From the IMG/VR virus record IMGVR_UViG_3300044730_002015, positions 64,001 through 128,000 of that record: a stretch of 64,000 bases of DNA; one strand, given 5' to 3'. Shown here piece by piece: positions 47,823 to 55,568 of the stretch. The first letter of the stretch is position 1. Every line of letters starts with the position of its first letter. The stretch is from a virus. The notes beneath the pieces were generated by a model, which was not told the origin of the DNA, made no database searches, and worked only from the letters and a program-made list of their open reading frames with translations. The translations under genes and the position numbers were made by a program.

Positions 47823-48214
47823 TATCGTCTCATGTGTGCTATGTCAATGGCTTCATCGTCGGTGAATATAGGCACAGCATTGGATTTGTGCAAGGTACCA
47901 ATGCCTTTGATCTTGGTGCCAGTATATACCTTGTCAGCAGGCCTAGCGGCCACTCCCACGGTATCGGCCTTGCTGGGTATGGCCTGCGGTTCACGTCCAG
48001 GTGGATATTGCGGTGACACTGATCGGGCGGGGGTTGCCGGTAATTTGCTGGTAGCGAACTGGGGAGCCAGTTTGGCCCACTCGGCGCGGCGCTGTTGCCA
48101 CTCGGCCTGCAGTTCGCGTTCTTGCTGTGCGGCCGCCGCCGAGGCATACTTGCGTCGTTTGGTACGCCACTTGCCCGTGGTGGTCAACCAGGGTCCTTCC
48201 AAGTGCATGGTCAT
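47822..48214 (-). CDS. Hypothetical phage protein (130 aa)
   Basis: ORF track; coupled overlaps; C-terminal YTGTKIKGIGTLHKSNAVP. Confidence 0.8.
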   Translation of the reverse strand: MTMHLEGPWLTTTGKWRTKRRKYASAAAAQQERELQAEWQQRRAEWAKLAPQFATSKLPATPARSVSPQYPPGREPQAIPSKADTVGVAARPADKVYTGTKIKGIGTLHKSNAVPIFTDDEAIDIAHMRR

Positions 48215-48330
48215 CAGCGGTCTCCTTTGTGTCGCTTGGTGAAATCACACAGTGGGTGATAGCCCATGTTGTAGCAGGCACAATGCCTGCCTAAAATCCA
48301 GCGGGCCAGGGCTAATCTTAATTTGATCAT
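48214..48330 (-). CDS. Small basic Cys/His protein (38 aa)
   Basis: MIKLRLALARWILGRHCACYNMGYHPLCDF...; TGATG overlap with next gene. Confidence 0.5.
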   Translation of the reverse strand: MIKLRLALARWILGRHCACYNMGYHPLCDFTKRHKGDR

Positions 48331-48346
48331 TTTTGAAGTCCAGATG

Positions 48347-48562
48347 TTATTTGGCTTTCCAATTTGATTCGCACACAAATTTAGTGGAAGACTTGTATGG
48401 CCAATCACTGCTCAGCATAAACTGCTGACGGATCTGGGCAGTGTTTTCGCAGTCGGCCTGATGGCGCATCTGGTAAGTTGTACCCGGACCATAGAGCACT
48501 TGCCGTTGCGTGGGCGCATCAGGCGCAGTCCACCAAACCATTACCACTATCCATTCTATCAC
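48347..48562 (-). CDS. Small exported/membrane hypothetical protein (71 aa)
   Basis: GTG start with AAGGAGG SD, downstream of an early promoter. Confidence 0.75.
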   Translation of the reverse strand: MIEWIVVMVWWTAPDAPTQRQVLYGPGTTYQMRHQADCENTAQIRQQFMLSSDWPYKSSTKFVCESNWKAK

Positions 48563-48597
48563 GGCAGTTTCCGCCTCCTTTGATTTGCGATTTTATT

Positions 48598-48626
48598 AGT
48601 ATAGCACAACGGGATTTTTTGGTCAA
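48598..48626 (-). promoter_or_regulatory. Sigma70-like early promoter TTGACC-17-TATACT
   Basis: Near-consensus boxes, 17-bp spacer, TGn extension. Confidence 0.85.
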
Positions 48627-48651
48627 GTCTAAGACCCTGATGGGGGCAGGG

Positions 48652-49092
48652 TTATTTGGGCAGTTCAACGGGGGTATTTTTTAACTTTTCCAGCACGGTT
48701 AATTTTTGCTTCACGTGCTCGTAGTGCTCGCGGGCCTGGCGCAGTTCTTCATACTCACGTTCCAGTTTCACATCGGGTACCAAGATGGCCAATCTATCTG
48801 CGATTTCTTTCAGTGTTTGTTTTAGACTCACATCACCAAGCTTGATGTCCGCGCCATCCTCCAGTTGGATGTCGTGTGTTCTCGAGGTATAGTCATTGGA
48901 TATGGTCCACTGACCTGGATTATAGGAATAGCCAGGACCAGTGTAGCCGATACCCGAGTGACTAAATCCGTGTCCCAAGGATATGCTGGGCATTGGCGTA
49001 GAGCTTAGCGCACCAATGTCCGAGACTGATAAATTGGCAAGATCGTCTATTTCGAATTCAGTGTATCCGTGGTAAGGGTTTTTATCTTCCAC
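48652..49092 (-). CDS. Hypothetical protein with C-terminal coiled coil (146 aa)
   Basis: GTG 49092 directly after the upstream stop; LKEIADRLAILVPD..LEREYEELRQA. Confidence 0.7.
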   Translation of the reverse strand: MEDKNPYHGYTEFEIDDLANLSVSDIGALSSTPMPSISLGHGFSHSGIGYTGPGYSYNPGQWTISNDYTSRTHDIQLEDGADIKLGDVSLKQTLKEIADRLAILVPDVKLEREYEELRQAREHYEHVKQKLTVLEKLKNTPVELPK

Positions 49093-49094
49093 TG

Positions 49095-49292
49095 TTAGTC
49101 CTGGGAGTCGGTGTCGGGCTGATTGGGGTGTATCACTATGGCGCCATTTTTTTCCACGCGGTGCTGGAACTGGCCTTGCTTCAATTTCATCCAACTCTTT
49201 ATCTGCTCGGGCATTTCTGCCAGCAAATTGGCACTGTCCGTGACATCTCTGGCCAGACCAGTGGTGAACTTTCTCCGGGGTTGATCTGTCAT
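49095..49292 (-). CDS. Small hypothetical protein, possibly AbrB-like (65 aa)
   Basis: ATGA overlap with the yccA-like stop; MPEQIKSWMKLKQG...NGAIVIHP. Confidence 0.6.
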   Translation of the reverse strand: MTDQPRRKFTTGLARDVTDSANLLAEMPEQIKSWMKLKQGQFQHRVEKNGAIVIHPNQPDTDSQD

Positions 49293-49960
49293 TCGCGATT
49301 GCCCAACAGTTGTACGAGATTCACAAAGATATTGATGTAGTTGATAAACAAGCTCAAGGCTCCGATAACGATGATACGATCTTCTAGGTCGCTGTCGCTG
49401 GCCCAAAGTTGATTGCGGATCTGTTGCATATCGTAGGCAGTCAAGCCCAGGAATATGCCCACTGCCAAAACATTGATAATGGTCTGTAGCAGTGAACTGC
49501 CAAACCAAATGTTGAACAGGCCAATCAAGATCAAGGCTATCACACCTGCAAACAAGAAGCCACCCATGCTGGTGAGATCACGTCGAGTAAAATATCCCCA
49601 ACCTGCCAAGGCACCAAAACTCACAGTGGTGATCAACAGACTCTGCACGATACTGGCAGCGGTAAACACTGAAAAAATCAAACTCAAACTTATACCAAAA
49701 CTCACAGCAAACGCCCAGAAACTGTATTTCAGTTGTGCTGTGGTCAGTTGTTCCATACGGAACATCAAAAACAAACTCAGGATCAAGGGCATGAATATCA
49801 CGATGTAGCCCAAGATGCCTGTGAATATGGCCTGTGCCAATCCTGGCACTGCCGCGATGCCCGCAGCCATGAGCATGGTCACTGCCAGACCTTGTGTGAG
49901 TTGTTTCAAGACCTGAAGTAATTTGGTGTTAAGGGCCTCTGCGGCCATGGCGATTTGCAT
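49289..49960 (-). CDS. Bax inhibitor-1/YccA family membrane protein
   Basis: About 7 hydrophobic segments; GYFTRRDLTSMG, LTAYDMQQI, ALSLFINYINIF. Confidence 0.9.
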   Translation of the reverse strand: MQIAMAAEALNTKLLQVLKQLTQGLAVTMLMAAGIAAVPGLAQAIFTGILGYIVIFMPLILSLFLMFRMEQLTTAQLKYSFWAFAVSFGISLSLIFSVFTAASIVQSLLITTVSFGALAGWGYFTRRDLTSMGGFLFAGVIALILIGLFNIWFGSSLLQTIINVLAVGIFLGLTAYDMQQIRNQLWASDSDLEDRIIVIGALSLFINYINIFVNLVQLLGNRE

Positions 49961-49988
49961 GGTGTGTTTCTCCGGTTACGATAATAAT

Positions 49989-50017
49989 AATTTATGCGAA
50001 CTTGCTAGAGATGTCAA
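49989..50017 (-). promoter_or_regulatory. Sigma70-like promoter TTGACA-17-TAAATT
   Basis: Perfect -35 box, 17-bp spacer. Confidence 0.6.
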
Positions 50018-50022
50018 CGTTT

Positions 50023-50244
50023 TTAGGCGTTATTAATGTGTCTTTTGTTCCAACTGTCCCACACTGTGACAGTTTCCCAACTGTGTGGCCAAGTCATCTG
50101 GAACTTGGCAAGACTGTGGTCATCCAAGAGCCCCAGACGGTTGCCTTGGATGGTGTGTTTGACTCGGTTACTGTTGGCCCAATTTTTGAGTTTTTGGGCG
50201 GCATCAGTACCTCGTGCTATCACGAGATACATGGGTTCTGTCAT
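50023..50244 (-). CDS. Hypothetical protein (73 aa)
   Basis: ORF track; abuts upstream stop. Confidence 0.75.
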   Translation of the reverse strand: MTEPMYLVIARGTDAAQKLKNWANSNRVKHTIQGNRLGLLDDHSLAKFQMTWPHSWETVTVWDSWNKRHINNA

Positions 50245-50466
50245 TTAATGTAGATAAGGTTGTTGTTCTAGTTGATCCAGTGTTTCGGAATCGATGGCCA
50301 CAGTTTCTTGATCAAACTCTTGTGCCAGGGATTCTGGCACTCCAATCAATCTCAGTAAACTGCCCATATGTATGGTTTCAACTTCTAGTTCGACCAGGGT
50401 ACCAAGCACAGCCGCAAATCTTGTGAGTTGCTCTTCGGTAAGGTCGTAATCCTTGAGATGTGGCAC
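50245..50466 (-). CDS. Acidic hypothetical protein (73 aa)
   Basis: GTG 50466 lies 5 nt after TAAATA (50472-50477); the longer ORF would cross a terminator. Confidence 0.7.
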   Translation of the reverse strand: MPHLKDYDLTEEQLTRFAAVLGTLVELEVETIHMGSLLRLIGVPESLAQEFDQETVAIDSETLDQLEQQPYLH

Positions 50467-50483
50467 ACTTTTATTTAGCCAAC

Positions 50484-50510
50484 AAAAAAGGATCCTTGCG
50501 GATCCTTTTT
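50484..50510 (-). terminator. Intrinsic terminator (GNRA loop, potentially bidirectional)
   Basis: AAAAAGGATCC-GCAA-GGATCCTTTTTT. Confidence 0.9.
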
Positions 50511-50528
50511 GCTTCAAGCACCTGCAGT

Positions 50529-50867
50529 TTAGGCTTCTACTGCTACACCAGACTTGGCAGTGGCCTTGGCTGTGGGACGAGCCGCAGGCTTGGTAGCCTT
50601 GACCTTGACTTCGCCCTTTTTAACAGAGCGTGTCATTTCTGCCAGCTTGTTGCTGACTGCAAAACCAGCGTCGCCTTCTAACTTACGGCCATCCAGCATC
50701 TGCAGGATTTCCAGTTTAGACATTGGGCGCTCAAGGTCCTCAAACAGAGCGATGCTATGACCCAGGCCAATGTACGACTTTTGGCGCGCCACAGAGTCGG
50801 TGGCAAAACGCACTTTGGTGATACCATTTTTGGTTGTAATACCAACTGCTGTAAACTTCTTGTCCAT
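50529..50867 (-). CDS. Basic protein with Lys/Ala-rich histone-like tail (112 aa)
   Basis: GAGG SD before MDKKF; C-terminus KATKPAARPTAKATAK; own promoter and terminator. Confidence 0.78.
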   Translation of the reverse strand: MDKKFTAVGITTKNGITKVRFATDSVARQKSYIGLGHSIALFEDLERPMSKLEILQMLDGRKLEGDAGFAVSNKLAEMTRSVKKGEVKVKATKPAARPTAKATAKSGVAVEA

Positions 50868-50922
50868 ACTATGCCTCACTTATCAAAGTTGAAAAAATCA
50901 GCGACAGTGTCACTGTACCACT

Positions 50923-50951
50923 ACTATAACAGGAATGGATTTTCCTGTCAA
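50923..50951 (-). promoter_or_regulatory. Sigma70-like early promoter TTGACA-17-TATAGT
   Basis: Near-consensus boxes, 17-bp spacer. Confidence 0.85.
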
Positions 50952-50999
50952 CATTGGATTTGGCCAAAATCTCAGTTTTGACCAAACCAAATTCCTTTA

Positions 51000-51341
51000 T
51001 CATCGGATCAGCACCTTTTCGTCCCGGGCCACTCGATGACCATAAATCTTATGACCAATTTCACGCACACGGTCGGCCATGGCCTGCGGCGCACGTTCGA
51101 AAGCATCCACTATGTCTTGTACCGAAACATCATCTGTGGTTTCAATCACATAGATCTCATAGTGCCTGTGACTATTGACCTGTGCGCGGAGTTGCCACAC
51201 GGTGAGATTCAAAGGCAAGGGTACTTTGTTGGGATTTTCACCTTTCAATATGGCCAACACACGCTGTTGGTCAAAGTCGTCGATACGAACCGCAGACTCA
51301 AGGCCATAACAGTCCCACATCACGGCTACTTGCTTGCTCAT
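51000..51341 (-). CDS. Hypothetical protein (113 aa)
   Basis: ORF track; ATGA overlap. Confidence 0.8.
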   Translation of the reverse strand: MSKQVAVMWDCYGLESAVRIDDFDQQRVLAILKGENPNKVPLPLNLTVWQLRAQVNSHRHYEIYVIETTDDVSVQDIVDAFERAPQAMADRVREIGHKIYGHRVARDEKVLIR

Positions 51342-51982
51342 GACAGGACCTTTACACGGTTCAGTTGAGTCTGATAGTCATCGCGATGTGCTTTCACAGT
51401 GCCACGGATGCTATAGCGTCCTGGCTTGAGTTGTTCTTTGTAGGCAAAAAACGCCACACAACCATCATCGGTCTTGGCCGTGGTAAAGAACACACCATAG
51501 TTCACGCTGAAGTTGCTTCGCACCACTTCAATGTTGACAGTGACTTTGGCACCCACTGCGCCCAGATACGACTGGGCACGATCAGCGATCTTTTCTTCCT
51601 GTTGACGGTGCTGTTCCACACGAGCCACAGTCTGTGGCACTGACGCCAGCAGAGCCAGGTGATAGCGATCCGCATCTGTGATGGTGTCACGATTGGCCAC
51701 TTCTAGAATCACGCTGTCATACTGATTGATGTCGTTGGCCAATTTTTTCATGATCAGGCCACGGCAGTGAGCCAGCAGTTCTTTACCGCGAGCAAGATCG
51801 GCTTCGGTGGCCTTGTCACCGTCAATGATATACTGCAACAGCCGGACCTTGTTGCTTATGGTTCCCGGGGTCACATCACCATCTTTGAAGTAACCGCCCA
51901 GTTCACGATGCACACGAGCCGACAGGGCAAAGGCCTGCTCAATGGTGATTTCTACCTTGGGCTGTGCTGTGCGTGGTTTCAT
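51338..51982 (-). CDS. Hypothetical protein with OB-fold-like C-terminus (214 aa)
   Basis: AAGGAG SD before MKPRTAQ; IRGTVKAH...QTQLNRVK. Confidence 0.75.
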   Translation of the reverse strand: MKPRTAQPKVEITIEQAFALSARVHRELGGYFKDGDVTPGTISNKVRLLQYIIDGDKATEADLARGKELLAHCRGLIMKKLANDINQYDSVILEVANRDTITDADRYHLALLASVPQTVARVEQHRQQEEKIADRAQSYLGAVGAKVTVNIEVVRSNFSVNYGVFFTTAKTDDGCVAFFAYKEQLKPGRYSIRGTVKAHRDDYQTQLNRVKVLS

Positions 51983-52012
51983 GGTTGGCTCCTTGTTGTT
52001 CACTATACCCAT

Positions 52013-52041
52013 ATTATAGCAGATTACCATTTTCTGGTCAA
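52013..52041 (-). promoter_or_regulatory. Sigma70-like early promoter TTGACC-17-TATAAT
   Basis: Perfect -10 box, TGn extension. Confidence 0.9.
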
Positions 52042-52045
52042 CCGC

Positions 52046-52144
52046 CTAGTACCCCAGGGCTATCAGCCATAAAGCTGCGATAACACCAACGTACCAGTAA
52101 GCTGTAAAGCTCAATGCTATGATAATCAGCCAACTGTAGATCAT
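52046..52144 (-). CDS. 32-aa hydrophobic micro-protein MIYSWLIIIALSFTAYWYVGVIAALWLIALGY
   Basis: ATGA overlap with GGAGG upstream; not in ORF track. Confidence 0.65.
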   Translation of the reverse strand: MIYSWLIIIALSFTAYWYVGVIAALWLIALGY

Positions 52145-52320
52145 TGCAGTGCCTCCGGTGCTGGTTGCACACCATATTTGATCTGCGCCGCCAGTTCCAC
52201 CACTCGATGAAACTCTGTGAGTTCATCTTCGGATGCCAGCACTTCGGGAGCATTTTGCATGACCACACTCCAGATCCGTTGCATATCTTCCAAGGTAAGC
52301 CAAGTCTCGATGCCGTCCAT
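52141..52320 (-). CDS. 59-aa acidic hypothetical protein (MDGIETWLTLEDMQ...)
   Basis: TAATG and ATGA overlaps; not in ORF track. Confidence 0.7.
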   Translation of the reverse strand: MDGIETWLTLEDMQRIWSVVMQNAPEVLASEDELTEFHRVVELAAQIKYGVQPAPEALQ

Positions 52321-52454
52321 TATTGTTTCACCGAGTCTTTGACCACTGCCTTGGCTGAATCTACACCGCGGTCGGCCAGTGCCGCCATATCTGAAAATGT
52401 CACGCCTGCCCCACCAATGATGATGCCAGCCACGAATGCGATAAAGACTTTCAT
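52320..52454 (-). CDS. 44-aa membrane-anchored micro-protein (MKVFIAFVAGIIIGGAG...)
   Basis: GGAGG SD; not in ORF track. Confidence 0.7.
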   Translation of the reverse strand: MKVFIAFVAGIIIGGAGVTFSDMAALADRGVDSAKAVVKDSVKQ

Positions 52455-52473
52455 AATGCCTCCAGAGTTAAAG

Positions 52474-52776
52474 TTAAACCTGTAAACCTTGTTTGAGATG
52501 CAGTTCTACCGCTGTTTCAGATCCCCAGCATACACTGGGCAACCTGTTGAAAACGAACTGACAGATGGGCTTGAGTAGAGCCAAGTTGTCATCATCGGCA
52601 TAGATCACAGCCATCTGCAGATCGTTGCTGAGTACCGCGGTCAGAAACGAACCCGGACTGCGGCTTTCAAACACATAGCGTTCCAATGCTGTAACAGTCT
52701 TGGCAGGAATGTCATAGCCACGACTGTCCAGTCTATCGGCAGCCACTTCGGGAAACATCGCCAGCACCTGTCCCAT
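52474..52776 (-). CDS. Hypothetical phage protein (100 aa)
   Basis: PGSFLTAVLSNDL..A..ADDDN motif; TAATG overlap. Confidence 0.8.
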   Translation of the reverse strand: MGQVLAMFPEVAADRLDSRGYDIPAKTVTALERYVFESRSPGSFLTAVLSNDLQMAVIYADDDNLALLKPICQFVFNRLPSVCWGSETAVELHLKQGLQV

Positions 52777-53051
52777 TATACCCGCTCCAGGAGATTGGCT
52801 GGCACATTGTACATACCACGAGCAGTGTTGACCAAGATGTTCTTGATCTTGACACGGGTTACCGGACCCTGCAGATCCTGGCCCAGTTTGGGATGATAGA
52901 ACTTCACAGTATCACCCACGCGGATTGACACTTTCAAATCTCGGCCAATCTGGCGCCGGCGAAACTTGATGGCCTGGCCAATGGCATTGAGTTGATCATT
53001 GGTAAAGTTACCCTGCATGATCTCAATATTGATTTCGTTAATGGTAGGCAC
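52776..53051 (-). CDS. Hypothetical protein with SH3/KOW-like C-terminus (91 aa)
   Basis: GTG start with AGGAG SD; IRVGDTVKF. Confidence 0.78.
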   Translation of the reverse strand: MPTINEINIEIMQGNFTNDQLNAIGQAIKFRRRQIGRDLKVSIRVGDTVKFYHPKLGQDLQGPVTRVKIKNILVNTARGMYNVPANLLERV

Positions 53052-53081
53052 TGCTATCTCCTGATTGGTTACGATATGCTT

Positions 53082-53110
53082 AGTATAGCAAATCGGAAAT
53101 TTTTGGTCAA
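53082..53110 (-). promoter_or_regulatory. Sigma70-like early promoter TTGACC-17-TATACT
   Basis: -35 box overlaps the upstream TGA stop. Confidence 0.88.
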
Positions 53111-53307
53111 CCTGCCAAGACTTTGAGTATGGTGGCCTGCAGATCGGCTACTTCCTCAGCGGGCACATAAAAGTCTGTCAAGGGATCATAGTACTCACCG
53201 GCACGGGCATCATAGTACAGCACACGACCGTTGGGATAGTGGAAAGGACCTTCTAGACCCTGACGCGGACCAAACTCTTTGGAGTGCTTGAAAACGGTAT
53301 ATGCCAC
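53107..53307 (-). CDS. Hypothetical phage protein (66 aa)
   Basis: AGGAG SD; GLEGPFHYPNGRVLYYD..GEYYDP. Confidence 0.8.
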   Translation of the reverse strand: MAYTVFKHSKEFGPRQGLEGPFHYPNGRVLYYDARAGEYYDPLTDFYVPAEEVADLQATILKVLAG

Positions 53308-53336
53308 TGTGGCTCCTGTTTGTTTACTATACCCAT

Positions 53337-53365
53337 ATTATAGCAAAACGGGAATTTTTGGTCAA
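53337..53365 (-). promoter_or_regulatory. Sigma70-like early promoter TTGACC-17-TATAAT
   Basis: Perfect -10 box; leader similar to that of the 52013 promoter. Confidence 0.9.
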
Positions 53366-53373
53366 CCGCTCTA

Positions 53374-53408
53374 AAACCGCTAGGTTAGTGGGCACTAACC
53401 TAGGGTTT
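53374..53408. other. Palindrome/stem-loop CTAGGTTAGTG-GG-CACTAACCTAG upstream of an early promoter
   Basis: 11-bp perfect inverted repeat; related element at 63156-63183. Confidence 0.75.
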
Positions 53409-54126
53409 GACCAAAATGCTGATAAGCCCGGGGGTTGAGTTCAAAGCCAATGAATCTGCGATCCATGGCTAGCACAGCGCGGCCTGTGGAGAACGATCCG
53501 CCAAAGGGATCCAAAACCAAGTCGCCGGCATTGGTGCTGTAGTCTATGAATTTTCGGATAAATGATTCGGCCAGTTGATTGTTGTTGCGTATCTCACCGT
53601 GCTTGTATTCTCTGGGCAGGCTCTGAACACTCAGCCGGTCATTGTAGGATTCGGTGGTATCGTCAAATCTGCAGTGGGTGTTGAAGGTTCGTGGTTGTTT
53701 TCTAGTTTGGGGTTTGGCCCAGAACAGCACATGGTAGTGACTGCTGACCCATTTCCGTTTGGTGTATACACCAAAGGTATACTGGGCAATGATGTGATTG
53801 ATTTCTTCTAAGTCAGTTTCATGCAAAGCATTCAAGATATGATGCAGATTTGAGTAGCCACTCACGATGTAGATTGAGCCGCCGGGACGCAACACACGCT
53901 CACATTCCCGAATCCAGGTACTGCACCAAGTGCCATACTGATCTCTAGGTACGTCTACATAGCCACCAATAACCTTGGATTCATCGCGATTGTAGTGCGT
54001 GTCCAATTGATCTCCTGCAATGCCATAGGGTGGATCAGTGAAAATCATGTCTACGGAATTGTCCAAGACGTGCTGTTGCATACCCTCCACACAGTCTTGA
54101 TTGTAGATCTGGTAGGAGTCGGTCAT
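53395..54126 (-). CDS. DNA N6-adenine/N4-cytosine methyltransferase (beta class)
   Basis: TDPPY precedes LDPFGGSFSTG; ATGA overlap start. Confidence 0.9.
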   Translation of the reverse strand: MTDSYQIYNQDCVEGMQQHVLDNSVDMIFTDPPYGIAGDQLDTHYNRDESKVIGGYVDVPRDQYGTWCSTWIRECERVLRPGGSIYIVSGYSNLHHILNALHETDLEEINHIIAQYTFGVYTKRKWVSSHYHVLFWAKPQTRKQPRTFNTHCRFDDTTESYNDRLSVQSLPREYKHGEIRNNNQLAESFIRKFIDYSTNAGDLVLDPFGGSFSTGRAVLAMDRRFIGFELNPRAYQHFGQTLG

Positions 54127-54365
54127 CGCCACCTCATGGTAAACATGAAGTAATCTTCCTCGCCATCAAAATAAAAAAGGTATTCACCGGGATCGTGATC
54201 GTTAGGCAAGGATATCATTTGCCAGCGCCAATCTTGTGTGAGGTTTTGTCTGCACCACTGTATCACAGGGTCCAGTTCACCAAAAGGTTTGGAAGTGTGT
54301 TGGGCATAGTTAAAACTATCAGCCGAACGCTCATCAATACGATTGAAGTCTAGTTCAAGTTGCAT
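54123..54365 (-). CDS. Hypothetical protein (80 aa)
   Basis: WCRQN..W..YFDGEEDYFMFTMRW pattern; TAAGTA box at 54374-54379. Confidence 0.8.
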   Translation of the reverse strand: MQLELDFNRIDERSADSFNYAQHTSKPFGELDPVIQWCRQNLTQDWRWQMISLPNDHDPGEYLFYFDGEEDYFMFTMRWR

Positions 54366-54403
54366 GGGTCAGATACTTAGTATCTGCGGCACTCCGGCCC
54401 GTA

Positions 54404-54733
54404 TTATTCTGATGCTGGAGTCAGCCTAGGAATGATGTCAGCCATTTCCCGATCTATGGCACAAACCTTGCCAGGAAAACGACTTTTGAAATGTGTGCGT
54501 ATTTCTTCCCAGGTACGTCCTTGTGCTAGAAACTCTTGGGTTTTTTCGCTGTAGACGAAAAACATATCATCCACTTGCTCTACCTGTGCTATGACCATGA
54601 TGTCCGCCAACTGTAACAGTGCAATCAATTTACGATTGCGCCATACCAAATAGCGTTCCAGTATCAGTAGCAAGATGCGATACGCCACGGCACCAACCAC
54701 AAAACCCAGAATCAAGTACAAGATAGTGTCCAT
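54404..54733 (-). CDS. Membrane-anchored hypothetical protein (109 aa)
   Basis: N-terminal TM segment; TAAATA (54739-54744) 5 nt before ATG. Confidence 0.8.
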   Translation of the reverse strand: MDTILYLILGFVVGAVAYRILLLILERYLVWRNRKLIALLQLADIMVIAQVEQVDDMFFVYSEKTQEFLAQGRTWEEIRTHFKSRFPGKVCAIDREMADIIPRLTPASE

Positions 54734-54741
54734 AGCGATAT

Positions 54742-55062
54742 TTACTTTTGTAAGTTTTCCATAAAAATGATCTTGCCGATGGCAGTGCCTAGATCCTGAT
54801 CATCGTGTACGATGTGCAGTCTGGGTCTGGATTCTTCATTGGAGGTGCTAAGACCATGTATGGAGTTTGGGTCAACTTGTTTTTTGGTCTCCACGATCCA
54901 ACCACCATTGGCTCGATAAAGATTAAAACTCAGTGGCCTAGAATTCAACATTCTATCTTGCACGAAATCCTCGATTCGCAGAGGTTTGAGTTCAAGGGTG
55001 CATTGTTTGTGTTGTTCTGTTTGCAGCCAGTTATACAGCCTGCGTCTTAGATAATTCAACAT
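54742..55062 (-). CDS. Hypothetical protein (106 aa)
   Basis: FNLYRANGGWIVE; start MLNYL preferred. Confidence 0.72.
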   Translation of the reverse strand: MLNYLRRRLYNWLQTEQHKQCTLELKPLRIEDFVQDRMLNSRPLSFNLYRANGGWIVETKKQVDPNSIHGLSTSNEESRPRLHIVHDDQDLGTAIGKIIFMENLQK

Positions 55063-55519
55063 GGTTGACTTTCTGTTTGGGTGCTTGATATTGAAAGTGT
55101 GGTACCCATTGGTTTCCATTGCGTAAGAATCCCCATTCCCGTTGATGTGGTCCGGGTATGAACAAGGTCCAAGGTGTCACGCCAGGTTTCAACTCTATGC
55201 GATGATAAGAGCCAGCACCGCAAATACGGAAATGACCCGGTCCACGCCATACCGGGTGCTCACAGTAGACATGGCCAAGGGTATCCAGTGTTGGTATCCA
55301 TTCCCAGTATCCACCTTTAAGGATCAAGGTAAAGTAAGGCCAAGGATGATCGTGCGGATCCCAGGGATCACCTTTCAGGAACTTGTGTACAAAGATGTTG
55401 AACGGAAATCTGCCACGATCTTTCAAAAACAGATAGTATCGTTCAAGATACGGCTCTTGATTTTCTCGATCCAGGATAACACGATGGCGTCCAAAATACT
55501 GGAAGATTTTTTTAAGCAT
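55031..55519 (-). CDS. Cupin-like metal-binding protein (162 aa)
   Basis: HKF..DPHDHPW...GGYWE...YHRIEL...WTLF. Confidence 0.75.
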   Translation of the reverse strand: MLKKIFQYFGRHRVILDRENQEPYLERYYLFLKDRGRFPFNIFVHKFLKGDPWDPHDHPWPYFTLILKGGYWEWIPTLDTLGHVYCEHPVWRGPGHFRICGAGSYHRIELKPGVTPWTLFIPGPHQREWGFLRNGNQWVPHFQYQAPKQKVNHVELSKTQAV

Positions 55520-55525
55520 AAAATG

Positions 55526-55554
55526 ATTTTAGCACACTACGAAAATAAGATCAA
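55526..55554 (-). promoter_or_regulatory. Sigma70-like promoter TTGATC-17-TAAAAT; ATG at the expected +1 (leaderless)
   Basis: 6 nt between the -10 box and ATG 55519. Confidence 0.7.
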
Positions 55555-55568
55555 GACCAATTGGTAAA

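Noticed and set aside
49095-49508. Long versions of ORFs 49095..49508 and 48652..49194
   Set aside because: They would overlap neighbours extensively; coupled starts at 49292 and 49092 fit better
52038-52268. 76-aa ORF MWSCKML...
   Set aside because: Overlaps better-supported coupled micro-ORFs in other frames
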